From: an uncultured Gemmatimonadales bacterium
GTDB taxonomy: Bacteria; Gemmatimonadota; Gemmatimonadetes; Gemmatimonadales; GWC2-71-9
Direction of reading: 5' to 3'
Assembly (NCBI GenBank): GCA_963748815.1
Contig: CAVVKJ010000009.1
Location: 100,004 to 164,003, forward strand
Length of the DNA stretch: 64,000 nt
Under the pieces are notes generated by a model. The model ran no database searches and was not told the origin of the DNA. It saw nothing but the letters and a program-made list of their open reading frames with translations. Position numbers and translations under genes: made by a program. This document shows positions 9,454-18,339 of the stretch, piece after piece (the first letter of the stretch is position 1; the number at the start of each line of letters is the position of its first letter).

Positions 9454-10667
9454 CAGGCGCCTGCCGGTGTGGGCTCGGCCACCGGACCGAGCCGGAAAGC
9501 CAGGATGCTGACGAGGGCCACCGTGGCCGCCGCCATGTAGAAGGGCCAGTCGTGGCCGTAGTCCTGAAAGGCCCGCGTCGCGAGGATGGGGGCGATGACC
9601 CGGGCGATGCCCGCAAAGGTCTGCGCCGAGCCCATCACCGTGCCAAGCTCCGATTTATCGGCGGCGCGCGACATCAGCGCCGTCGTGGATGGGAACAATA
9701 ACGCGGTCCCGATGGGCACAAAGGGGATAATCAACGCCAAACCCCAGAGCGTGGAGACCGCTGGATACAGCAGGAGACCGATGATCAGGCAGCCCCCACC
9801 GATGCGCATCGCCCACGCCTCCCCGACCCGATCGACGATCGGGCCGAGAAAGATCGAGCGCATGATCAGCGACAGGGCCCCCACGTACAGGAAGAAATAT
9901 CCGATCGTCTTTTCGGTGACGCCGTATTCGGCGCCGAGGAAGAGCGGCAGCACCGACGTGAGGCAGGTGAACGCCAGCATCCCGACTGCGTAGATCCAGA
10001 CCAGCCGGGCCACCGTCGTGCCCGGGCGGCGGAAGACCTGCCACGCCGCGTGCCAGACCGGTTTCCTGGTGGGGGCGTGGCTTCCGGGCCGGCGGCTCTC
10101 CGGCAGGAATTTCCAGGCGAAGATGACATTCGCGACGCAGAGTCCCGCAGCCACGAAGCCGGGGGCTGCTCGCCCCCAATGCGCGGCGAGCGAGCCGACC
10201 ACCGGCCCGATCATCACGCCGAGCGACGTGGCTGCGGAGAGCCAGCCGAGCGCGCGGGCGCGCCCCGCGGCCGGGATCGAATCGGCGACGTACGCCTGCG
10301 CCACGCCCGTCGTGCCCCCGCCCGCGCCCTGGATGATCCGGGAGAGGAAGAGCCAGGCCACGGTGTTCGCCAGTCCGAAGGCCACGTAGGCCACCGCCGA
10401 CGCGGAAAGGCCGATCAGCAGCGCCGGGCGGCGTCCGTAGCGGTCCGAGACCCTGCCCCAGAGCGGCGCGGAGATCAGCTGCGCGATCGAGAACGAGGCG
10501 ATGATCCACCCGATCGTCGCATAGCTGGCGTTGAGGTTCTCGGCGTAGAACGGCAGCAGCGGGAGGACGATGGCGAAGCCGATCATGTCCACGGCGCTCG
10601 CCGCAATCAGCACCAGCAGCTTGCGGAGGTCAGACCCGTCGAGGGGTGGTGCGGCGACCTTGCTCAT
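9453..10667 (-). CDS. MFS transporter (TetA/DHA1-like)
   Basis: Motif A GRVSDRYGRRP, DMIGFAIVLPLLP, about 12 hydrophobic segments. Confidence 0.9.
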   Translation of the reverse strand: MSKVAAPPLDGSDLRKLLVLIAASAVDMIGFAIVLPLLPFYAENLNASYATIGWIIASFSIAQLISAPLWGRVSDRYGRRPALLIGLSASAVAYVAFGLANTVAWLFLSRIIQGAGGGTTGVAQAYVADSIPAAGRARALGWLSAATSLGVMIGPVVGSLAAHWGRAAPGFVAAGLCVANVIFAWKFLPESRRPGSHAPTRKPVWHAAWQVFRRPGTTVARLVWIYAVGMLAFTCLTSVLPLFLGAEYGVTEKTIGYFFLYVGALSLIMRSIFLGPIVDRVGEAWAMRIGGGCLIIGLLLYPAVSTLWGLALIIPFVPIGTALLFPSTTALMSRAADKSELGTVMGSAQTFAGIARVIAPILATRAFQDYGHDWPFYMAAATVALVSILAFRLGPVAEPTPAGA

Positions 10668-12322
10668 CCCCGAGCCTCCCCGCGCGCGCCCAGGGCGAAG
10701 ACCGCCGCGCTCGCGATCATCAGCAGCACGCCGTACGCGGCGGCGACCCCCATGTCACCCTGCCGGAGGCTGCCGAGGATCTCGAGGGAAATGGGCCGGG
10801 TGTCGTACGTGTAGAGCATGATGGAGGTCACGAAGTCGCCGAGAGAAGTGACGAAGGCCAGGGTGGCGCCGGCGGCGAGCGCCGGCGCGAGTCCCGGAAG
10901 GATGACGCGACGGAGGGTGCGCAGCCGCCCGGCCCCGAGCGAGGCGGACGCCTCCTCCAGCGACGCGTCGAGCTGCCGGAAGCCCGCCAGCACCGCGCGC
11001 CCGGCGATCGGCAGGTTCCGCACCAGGTAGGCCAGCGGGAGGATCCACGCCGTGCCGACGAGCACAGTTCGCAGGGTGAGCGGGGAGTGCACGCTGAAGA
11101 GTGCGGCGAGCGCGATGGCGAAGACCGTCCCTGGCACCGCCCACGGAAGCCCGAGCAAGCCCTCGATCAGCCGGCCGGCCCGGACACGCCGGCGGACCAC
11201 GAGCGACCCGGCCGTCAGCGCCACGGCGACAGCCGCCAGCGTGGCGGCGGTGGCCATCCAGAGGCTGTTGAAGAGCGGCCGGAACCGCTCCGGCTCCGAG
11301 AACAGGGCCGCGTAGTTGCCGGGAGAGAACTCGGGCGGCCATGGCTCGGTGGTCCAGGTGCCCACGGGGACGAACGAGACCAGCAGCAGCGTCAGGTGCG
11401 GGAGCAGGAGCAGGGCGGCAAGCACCCAGGCCGCCACCGCAATCCCGGCGCGGGCCCGCGCGCTGCCGGCCCGGGCCAGCGAGGGAGCGGTCCCCTTCCC
11501 CACGCCCGCGAGGGAGCCGCCGGGGTCGGCGCGCCGAAAGAGCGCCATCGCGCCGAGCGCCAGGAGCATCAGCGCCGCGGTTTCGACCATGGCGAGTCGG
11601 TCGTCGCCGTTGAGACGGGTGAAGACGATCTGCGTCGTCATGACCCGGTAGCCCCCGCCGAAGATGTACGGCGCGCTGAACGAGGCGAGCGAGGTCATGA
11701 AGGTCAGGAGCGCCGCGCCGGCGATGGCGGGGCGGAGGTGCGGGAGGATGACCTGGACCAGCGTCCGCCAGCGGCCCGCGCCGAGCGCCGAGGCGGCCTC
11801 CAGCATGGCCCCGTCGAGCCGCGAGAGAGCCGCGCGGCAGAAGAGGTAGAAGTAGACGTACATCGAGTAGGCGTGCACCAGCAGGATCGCGCCAGGGCCG
11901 GACAGCCGCCACGGCGGGTTCTCGAGTCCAAGCACGTACTGGACGAAGCGCCCGATGAACCCCGTTTCTCCGTAGAGAAAGAGGAATGCGACCACGCCGA
12001 CCAGCGGCGGGAGCACGGCGGGGAGCGCGACGAGCATGCCCAGCAGCTTGCGGCCGGGAAAATCCACCCGCTCGAAGAGGAAGGCCAGCGGCACGCCGAC
12101 GGCGCCGGCCAGCACCACGCTGGCCAGGGAGAGCCAGAGGCTCGCCCACAGCGCCTGCCACTCGGTGGATCGCCCGGCAAACCGGCGGATCTCGTCGAGC
12201 GTCCAGCCGGTGGAATTGCGCACACCCTCGATGAGCACCAGCGCCAGCGGGTACGCCACCAGCCAGACCAGCGCGGCCACCAGGAGCCAGCCCAGCCACG
12301 TCGCGCGGCGCGAGGAAGTCAT
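10664..12322 (-). CDS. ABC transporter permease with two TM domains (FbpB/ThiP-like)
   Basis: Two EAA loops (LEAASALGAGRWRT, LEEASASLGAGRLRT). Confidence 0.88.
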   Translation of the reverse strand: MTSSRRATWLGWLLVAALVWLVAYPLALVLIEGVRNSTGWTLDEIRRFAGRSTEWQALWASLWLSLASVVLAGAVGVPLAFLFERVDFPGRKLLGMLVALPAVLPPLVGVVAFLFLYGETGFIGRFVQYVLGLENPPWRLSGPGAILLVHAYSMYVYFYLFCRAALSRLDGAMLEAASALGAGRWRTLVQVILPHLRPAIAGAALLTFMTSLASFSAPYIFGGGYRVMTTQIVFTRLNGDDRLAMVETAALMLLALGAMALFRRADPGGSLAGVGKGTAPSLARAGSARARAGIAVAAWVLAALLLLPHLTLLLVSFVPVGTWTTEPWPPEFSPGNYAALFSEPERFRPLFNSLWMATAATLAAVAVALTAGSLVVRRRVRAGRLIEGLLGLPWAVPGTVFAIALAALFSVHSPLTLRTVLVGTAWILPLAYLVRNLPIAGRAVLAGFRQLDASLEEASASLGAGRLRTLRRVILPGLAPALAAGATLAFVTSLGDFVTSIMLYTYDTRPISLEILGSLRQGDMGVAAAYGVLLMIASAAVFALGARGEARG

Positions 12323-13368
12323 GGCGCCACCGGATAGAGGTGCATGCCGGTCCCCGTCGGCTCGACGCCGACGGCATCCCCTTCCCGGGCCGCGGCGGGC
12401 AGCCCCGCGACCTCCAGCACCAGCCCGCCGGGCGTCTCGACGGCGAAATACGCGACGGCGCCGGTGAAGCGCCGGTTGATGACCGTGCCCGTCACCCGGC
12501 CCGGTGCCGCCGTGGTGATCCGCAGGCCCTCCGGGCGCGCGAGGAGCCTGGCCGCGGCGCCGGGCGTCGCGACGCCCGGCCCGCCCCAGCGGGTCGGCCA
12601 GATGCAGTCCTGTACCCTCGCCTCCCGGTCGGAAATCACCGTCGCGGGGACCTCGCTGGCGCGGCCGATGAACGCGGCGACGAAGGACGACGCCGGCAGG
12701 GCGTACAGGTCATCCGCGGTGCCCAGTTGTTCGAGGTGCCCGTTGCGGAGGAGCGCGATCCGGTCGCCAAGATCGAATGCATCTTCCTGCTCGTGCGTTA
12801 CCACCACCGCGGTGATGCCGAGGCGATGCACCAGCATGCGAAGCTCGCGGCGGGTGCGCTCGCGGAGTGCCGGGTCGAGATTCGAGAGGGGCTCGTCGAG
12901 GAGCAGCACGCTCGGCTCCGGGGCGAGCGCGCGCGCCAGGGCCACGCGCTGCTGCTGCCCGCCCGAAAGATTGGCCACCGGCCGCCGCTCGAAGCCCGTC
13001 ATGTCGACCAGCGCGAGCGCCTCGGCGACCCGCCGGGAGAGTTCGGTGCCGCGCACCCCGCGACTCTCCAGCCCGAAGGCGACGTTCGCGCCGACGTCGA
13101 GGTGCGGGAAGAGCGCGTAGTGCTGGAACACCATGCCGAACCGCCGCGCCACCGGCGAAAGCCCCGTGACATCGCGCCCCTCCAGCACGACCCGGCCGGC
13201 GTCGGGCGACTCGAACCCGGCGAGCAGTCGCAGCGTCGTCGTCTTCCCGCTCCCGCTCGGCCCCAGCAGCGCCAGCACCTCCCCGCGCTCCAGCGTGAGC
13301 GAGAGCCCGTCGACGGCACGCTGCCCCTGGAATTGCTTGGTGAGCCCATCCAGTTCCAGAAACCCCAC
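12319..13368 (-). CDS. ABC transporter ATP-binding protein (FbpC/PotA-like, TOBE C-terminus)
   Basis: GPSGSGKT, VFQHYALFPH, LSGGQQQR, LLLDEP. GTG start at 13368 follows AAAGGAG. Confidence 0.92.
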   Translation of the reverse strand: MGFLELDGLTKQFQGQRAVDGLSLTLERGEVLALLGPSGSGKTTTLRLLAGFESPDAGRVVLEGRDVTGLSPVARRFGMVFQHYALFPHLDVGANVAFGLESRGVRGTELSRRVAEALALVDMTGFERRPVANLSGGQQQRVALARALAPEPSVLLLDEPLSNLDPALRERTRRELRMLVHRLGITAVVVTHEQEDAFDLGDRIALLRNGHLEQLGTADDLYALPASSFVAAFIGRASEVPATVISDREARVQDCIWPTRWGGPGVATPGAAARLLARPEGLRITTAAPGRVTGTVINRRFTGAVAYFAVETPGGLVLEVAGLPAAAREGDAVGVEPTGTGMHLYPVAP

Positions 13369-13398
13369 GCACACTCCTTTGCCCTCAGTCCCCAGTCC

Positions 13399-14460
13399 TC
13401 AGTCCCGTAGGTCCTTCCCCGTTCCCCGCACATGCTGGTCCCAGTAGCTCATCCACCCCGCCCCCTCCTGCGCCAGGAGCGGCCAGTCCATCGGCACCAC
13501 CTTCATGGTGCGTTCCACCTCGGCCACCCAGGCGGGCAGCGAATCGAGCGGAAGGTCCTGTCGGGCGGGGAGCCGGTACACCTGGCGCGCCGCCAGCAAC
13601 AGCGCCTCGGCCTCGCCGACGTAGTCGATGAACGCCTGCGCCGCCTCGGGGTGCTGCGACCCCGCCACGAGGCCGATCGCATCGTCGATCACGACGGTGC
13701 CACTCCGCGGGAAGAGGTACCCGAACGGCATCCCCTTCCCCTGGCTGATCAGGATGTCCGGGAGGTCCCAGAGGGTGACGACCCCCTCTTCACGCGCGAG
13801 CTTCTGGTCCAGGATGGCCGGATTGAGGGCGTAGGTCTTCGTGTTGCGATCGAGGGCGCGCAACCAGGCCATCCCCGCGGTCGTGTCGCCCGTTTCCCGG
13901 AGGCTGCGCTCGATGATGTATCCCCAGATGGCGCGCATGGTCCCGCTCGCCATCGGGTCGCGGATCAGCACCAGGTCGCGCCACCGCGGCTGGAGGATGT
14001 CGTCCCAGTCCTGCGGCGCCTCGGGAGCGCTCACCGCCTTGTTGTTGAAGGCGATGATGACCGGCGTCCGGTACACTGGCCAATACAGCGAGCCGGGACC
14101 GACCCCCTCCGGGCCGACCGCATCGGCCCACACCGGCCGATACGGCGCAAGCAGCGAGTCGGCAACCCCGCGATCAAAAATCGTCGTCGGGCCACCGAAC
14201 CAGACGTCGGCCTGCGGATTGACCTTCTCGAACCGCAGCCGGTCCAGGATTTCCTGGCTGCCCATGTCGAGCCACTTGATGTCGATGTCGGGTCGCCACT
14301 GCTCGAACGCCGTCTCGAGCAACTTGAGCTGGTCCCGTCCATGCGGGGAATACACCACGACCGGCGTCCGGGCATCCCGCCCGCAGGCGAGCATCCCGAC
14401 CAACACCAGCATCCACAGGGGCGAGGCACCGCCTCGCCCGCTCCCCCATCGCCGCGGCAT
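13399..14460 (-). CDS. ABC substrate-binding lipoprotein (Fe3+/thiamine/2-AEP-type SBP family)
   Basis: Lipobox MLAC, NPQADVWFGG, PQDWDDIL, DPMASGT, AQAFIDY. ATG overlaps the upstream TGA. Confidence 0.85.
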   Translation of the reverse strand: MPRRWGSGRGGASPLWMLVLVGMLACGRDARTPVVVYSPHGRDQLKLLETAFEQWRPDIDIKWLDMGSQEILDRLRFEKVNPQADVWFGGPTTIFDRGVADSLLAPYRPVWADAVGPEGVGPGSLYWPVYRTPVIIAFNNKAVSAPEAPQDWDDILQPRWRDLVLIRDPMASGTMRAIWGYIIERSLRETGDTTAGMAWLRALDRNTKTYALNPAILDQKLAREEGVVTLWDLPDILISQGKGMPFGYLFPRSGTVVIDDAIGLVAGSQHPEAAQAFIDYVGEAEALLLAARQVYRLPARQDLPLDSLPAWVAEVERTMKVVPMDWPLLAQEGAGWMSYWDQHVRGTGKDLRD

Positions 14461-16916
14461 CACGGCATCGCCCCCGTTGATTGCAGCGCCAGCAGATTCA
14501 TGAAGAGGCGATAGGCGCCGGGGACCCCGGCGGGCAGCTCCCGGAAGAACGCGAGGCCGGTGTAGACATACGTACCGCTTCCCACCGGCGCCACGAGCAG
14601 CCCTCCCTCGAGCGGCGGATCGCCCGGATCGTGCATTTCCAGCACCGCCCGGTATTCGGGCGCCCACGACCGCGCGAAATACAACCCGCGCTCCTGGACC
14701 CAGCCGTCCCAGTCGGAACCCGCGATCGCGTTCGGCGTGCGCACCACCGGGCTGGCCGGGTCGAGAATCCGAACCGGCGCGAACTCATTCGTGACGCGAT
14801 CGTGCGAATCCGGGCGATCGCCCGGCTTCCGCTCCGGCGCCGTGCCCGCCAGCATCGAGGCAAGCGACGCACCGCCGACCGTCAAGGGGAACGGGGCAAA
14901 GGCGCCGCGAAAAAACTCGTATTGCTGGTACTGGACCAGCAGCAGCCCCCCGGCACGCGCATACGCGAGCAGGCGCGCGTTGAACTCCCTGACGGCCGGC
15001 ACCGTCTCGTACGCCCGGCTGCCGATCACCACCGCATCGAACTTGGAGAGGTCTCCCCGGGCCAGCGAATCCGGCGTCAACTCCACCACCGGCACCCCGA
15101 GCCCCGCCAGCGCCTCGGGAACCCCGTCCGCGGCACCGCGAACGTAGCCGACCGCGCGCAGCGGCGGCACCGCGATGTCCATCACCTGGATCGTCCCGAC
15201 CGCGGGGCGGCTCATCCCCCGCCGTGCGATGTGCGGGTAGTCGATGATGTCGCTCGACTCGGCAAAGCGCTCGTCCGCGGATGTCACGGCGATGGCGCGG
15301 ACCTCGAACGCCCCCGCTGCCGGCGACGGCGGCGGTACCAGGGAAAAACTGAACGAGGCCTCCTCCCCCTTTCGCGTCAGGCGGAAGAGCTGCGGAGGCG
15401 GGGCCACCCACCCCACCGGTACTTCGAGCTTCACTTCGCCGGAGGTGGTGTCGGAGGTGGCGTGGTTGAGCGTCACGTTGATTGTCCGGGGCTCGCGCGA
15501 GGCGAGCGGCCACACCACGACGGCGCGGTCCAGCCGGACCCCTACGCGCGGCACCACGAGCAGCCGTTGCCGCCGCTCGCCGAACGCCGGGTCGGCCCAG
15601 CGGTACGTGACCTCCCGCGTGATCGAGAGCCCGCCGTCGAGCACGGCATTGACAGTCAGCAGGGGTGGAGACGCAGGCTGAGCCGCCACCGGCGACCGTC
15701 CCCATCGATACATCGCGCCATCGCGTGGCAGTCGCAGGAAGTAGGGTTCGGTGCTCGCCGAGGTCGGGAGGGTCACGGTATCCGTCACGGTGGCCATGGC
15801 ACCGGGCGAGACGACGAGTTCGTGGCGGGGGGCATTCACCGTCGCCCCGGACACGCCGAGCGTCGCGCGCAGCGGCTGGCTGCCCGCGTTCCAGAGGTAG
15901 AGGGTGACCTCGACCTGCTGGCCCGGTACGAAGTCGGCGGCATTGGCCACGGCGTCGAGGACGATGCCCCGCTCGTTGGCTTGCGAAATGGCGCTGAACC
16001 GCGCCTGGTCCTCCCACGCCGCGGACCATGTCGGGAGAGCGGTCGTCGCGAGGGAGGTATCGATCCCGGCCCAGAAGGCGCTCCCCCGGCCGGTCCGATC
16101 GGAGACCAGCGACACTCGCGTCGAGGCAGGCCCCGGACGCTGCAGGGTCCCCATATCCTGGGAGCGGTGCCGGCTGCGGCTGGCCATCGCGATCTGGTGG
16201 TACGACTGGCCGACCGCCTGGTCGAGTTCGCCCGTCTGGATCGTGTCCATGACCGGCGCCGGTGTAAATCGTGTCGCCCGGTAGAGCTTCTCCACCCGCC
16301 AGGGCTGGAGTCGCTCCTCGGTGGCCAGTTCCGGAAAGCGCGATGGGTCGGCGGCTGCCTCAAAGGCCGTGTGCGCCGCCCATCCCGCCGCCTGGTGCTG
16401 CCCGTGACCGTCTTCCTCGGTCCCACTGAATACGGAGACGATGATCTGGGGCTGGAATTCGCGGATCACCCGCACCACGTCCTTCAGGATCGAGTCCCGG
16501 GGCCAGTGCGCCCAGGTATCGTCGAGATTCTTGGAATACCCGAAGTCGTAGGCCCGCGTGAAGTACTGGCGGCCGCCGTCGAGGACGCGGGCGCTGAGGA
16601 GTTCCTCGGTCCGCAGCAGGCCCAGCGCCTCGCCGAGCTCGGGGCCGATGAGGTTTTGGCCCCCCTCCCCGCGGTTGAGCGACAGGTAGGCCGTCACGGC
16701 GCCTTCGCCCCGCACCAGGACCGTGATGAGATCGGTGTCCTCGTCGTCGGGATGGGCGCCGATGACCAGGACCCGCTTGTTGTGTCCCAGCATTCGGCGG
16801 GCGTGCTCCGCCGTGACGGCTCCGCCCGTGGAGGCAGGACCGAGTTGAGCCTGAGCTGGGATAACGCCGACCACGAGGGCGGCCAGGAGCGCCGTCACAC
16901 CGAAGCGAACTCGCAT
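14460..16916 (-). CDS. Secreted PIG-L (LmbE-like) family deacetylase with C-terminal accessory domains
   Basis: Signal peptide MRVRFG..AQA, AHPDDE, RGEGGQNLIG, RTEEL, DFGYSK, GHGQH, GWVQERGLYF. Confidence 0.88.
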   Translation of the reverse strand: MRVRFGVTALLAALVVGVIPAQAQLGPASTGGAVTAEHARRMLGHNKRVLVIGAHPDDEDTDLITVLVRGEGAVTAYLSLNRGEGGQNLIGPELGEALGLLRTEELLSARVLDGGRQYFTRAYDFGYSKNLDDTWAHWPRDSILKDVVRVIREFQPQIIVSVFSGTEEDGHGQHQAAGWAAHTAFEAAADPSRFPELATEERLQPWRVEKLYRATRFTPAPVMDTIQTGELDQAVGQSYHQIAMASRSRHRSQDMGTLQRPGPASTRVSLVSDRTGRGSAFWAGIDTSLATTALPTWSAAWEDQARFSAISQANERGIVLDAVANAADFVPGQQVEVTLYLWNAGSQPLRATLGVSGATVNAPRHELVVSPGAMATVTDTVTLPTSASTEPYFLRLPRDGAMYRWGRSPVAAQPASPPLLTVNAVLDGGLSITREVTYRWADPAFGERRQRLLVVPRVGVRLDRAVVVWPLASREPRTINVTLNHATSDTTSGEVKLEVPVGWVAPPPQLFRLTRKGEEASFSFSLVPPPSPAAGAFEVRAIAVTSADERFAESSDIIDYPHIARRGMSRPAVGTIQVMDIAVPPLRAVGYVRGAADGVPEALAGLGVPVVELTPDSLARGDLSKFDAVVIGSRAYETVPAVREFNARLLAYARAGGLLLVQYQQYEFFRGAFAPFPLTVGGASLASMLAGTAPERKPGDRPDSHDRVTNEFAPVRILDPASPVVRTPNAIAGSDWDGWVQERGLYFARSWAPEYRAVLEMHDPGDPPLEGGLLVAPVGSGTYVYTGLAFFRELPAGVPGAYRLFMNLLALQSTGAMP

Positions 16917-16975
16917 GGATTCCCGGGGGAAGTGACCAAAAAGAATAACCCCGGCAGGGCCGGGGCGTGAGGTGC

Positions 16976-17281
16976 TTAGAAGCCGCGGGGATGCCCCGGA
17001 CCGGGAGGCCGCCGCCGCCCGGGCGACCGACCCGCCCAGAAGGCGGCGAAGAAGAGCGCCACCGCCACACCAAGGAGGATCTTGCCGGCGAGCATGGCCA
17101 CGCCGTAGAGCAGCAGGAGCATCCCGAGCGAGATGAGGATCGTCGCGACGGAACGGAGAATCTCGTCCAGGTTGCGGCCGGGATGCCGCCGCCCCCAGTA
17201 CGCCGAGGCGACCGCCCCGGCCACTCCGATGAGGAGAAACCCGTACCAGATCAGGATCCAATAGCGGCGACCTGCGATCAT
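16976..17281 (-). CDS. Small membrane protein, hypothetical (about 3 TM)
   Basis: Hydrophobic helices with typical codon usage; same strand as neighbours. Confidence 0.65.
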   Translation of the reverse strand: MIAGRRYWILIWYGFLLIGVAGAVASAYWGRRHPGRNLDEILRSVATILISLGMLLLLYGVAMLAGKILLGVAVALFFAAFWAGRSPGRRRPPGPGHPRGF

Positions 17282-17384
17282 GCACACCTGCCCGGTGGCG
17301 AGGTCTCCTGGGGGCGGAGCCGCTCACGACAATACCACGCGCTGGTGGCGCCCGCCATCCCGCGACCGACAGCTGTCAGCACCC

Positions 17385-17891
17385 TCACTCGGCCGAGCGG
17401 AAGCCCAGCGGGTCGCGACGCACCGCGCGGCGCAGCGCCGGATGGTGCCGCCAGAGATAGGTGACCATCACGACCGCGGCCACGAGGTTCGCGAAGAGCA
17501 CCAGGCCGAGAGGGAACAGCCCCTGCGTCGCCTCGTGGAACATGTAGGCAAGTCCTGCGAAGAAGAACTCGAAGAAGATGAGGATCATCACGAACGCGAA
17601 CCGCAGCGACGGCTGCGTCGTGGCCAGGCGGGCGGCCCAGGCCATGAGCACGCCAAAGAGGAGGAAGACCGCCAGGTGCAGCCCGGTGTAGGCCAGCACC
17701 GACCCGGAGAGGGCCTGCCCGGTGACCGGGGTGCCGCTCCCCTGCAGCAAGACCTGGCCGAGCACGCTCGGCGTGAGCAGCGGCACGCCGAGGATCAGGT
17801 CGCGCACGAGAAAGACGGCGGCGACAGCGGCGGCGCCGAGGAGGCCGGCGACGACCCCCTCCTTCGGCGTCGAATGATGGTGATGCGTCAT
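17385..17891 (-). CDS. Membrane protein, hypothetical (about 4 TM, N-terminal HHHH)
   Basis: GGAGG RBS, MTHHHHS start, four hydrophobic segments. Confidence 0.75.
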   Translation of the reverse strand: MTHHHHSTPKEGVVAGLLGAAAVAAVFLVRDLILGVPLLTPSVLGQVLLQGSGTPVTGQALSGSVLAYTGLHLAVFLLFGVLMAWAARLATTQPSLRFAFVMILIFFEFFFAGLAYMFHEATQGLFPLGLVLFANLVAAVVMVTYLWRHHPALRRAVRRDPLGFRSAE

Positions 17892-17971
17892 GGGGTCCCT
17901 CCCGATAGGGGCAAGTCCTCCGGCGACGTTACATCCTCAGACCGCACTCCGCCATCCCTGACGCCGCCGGT

Positions 17972-18295
17972 TCATTCGGAAAGCGCGCGCAGCCGCGCCC
18001 ACGGGAAAATGCCGGTCGAGTGCCCGTCGCTCCAGGTGACCCGCAGCCCGTAGGCCCCGACGAGGTGGATGGCGGTCGGTCGGACGTCCTCAGGCACGGT
18101 GACGGGATCGAGCAACGGTCGCCCCGACATCTCTTCGACGCACATCGCGCAGGGGCAGGCGAGGCGGAGCGCCCGCGCCGGGACCCGGCGTTCGCCGTCA
18201 CCGGACACCCACTCGAACCAGAGCCCGTCGTCCCGCCGCGTGATCGCGTGCGGGGCGCGTTTCGTCTCCGGCCCGGACGGGGTGATATTATTCAT
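17972..18295 (-). CDS. DUF971 / gamma-butyrobetaine hydroxylase-like N-terminal domain protein
   Basis: LRLACPCAMC...VGAYGLRVTWSDGHSTGIF signature. Confidence 0.85.
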   Translation of the reverse strand: MNNITPSGPETKRAPHAITRRDDGLWFEWVSGDGERRVPARALRLACPCAMCVEEMSGRPLLDPVTVPEDVRPTAIHLVGAYGLRVTWSDGHSTGIFPWARLRALSE

Positions 18296-18339
18296 GGTCA
18301 CTTCGCTCGCTCGATGAACTGCAACGTCCGGACACTCCC

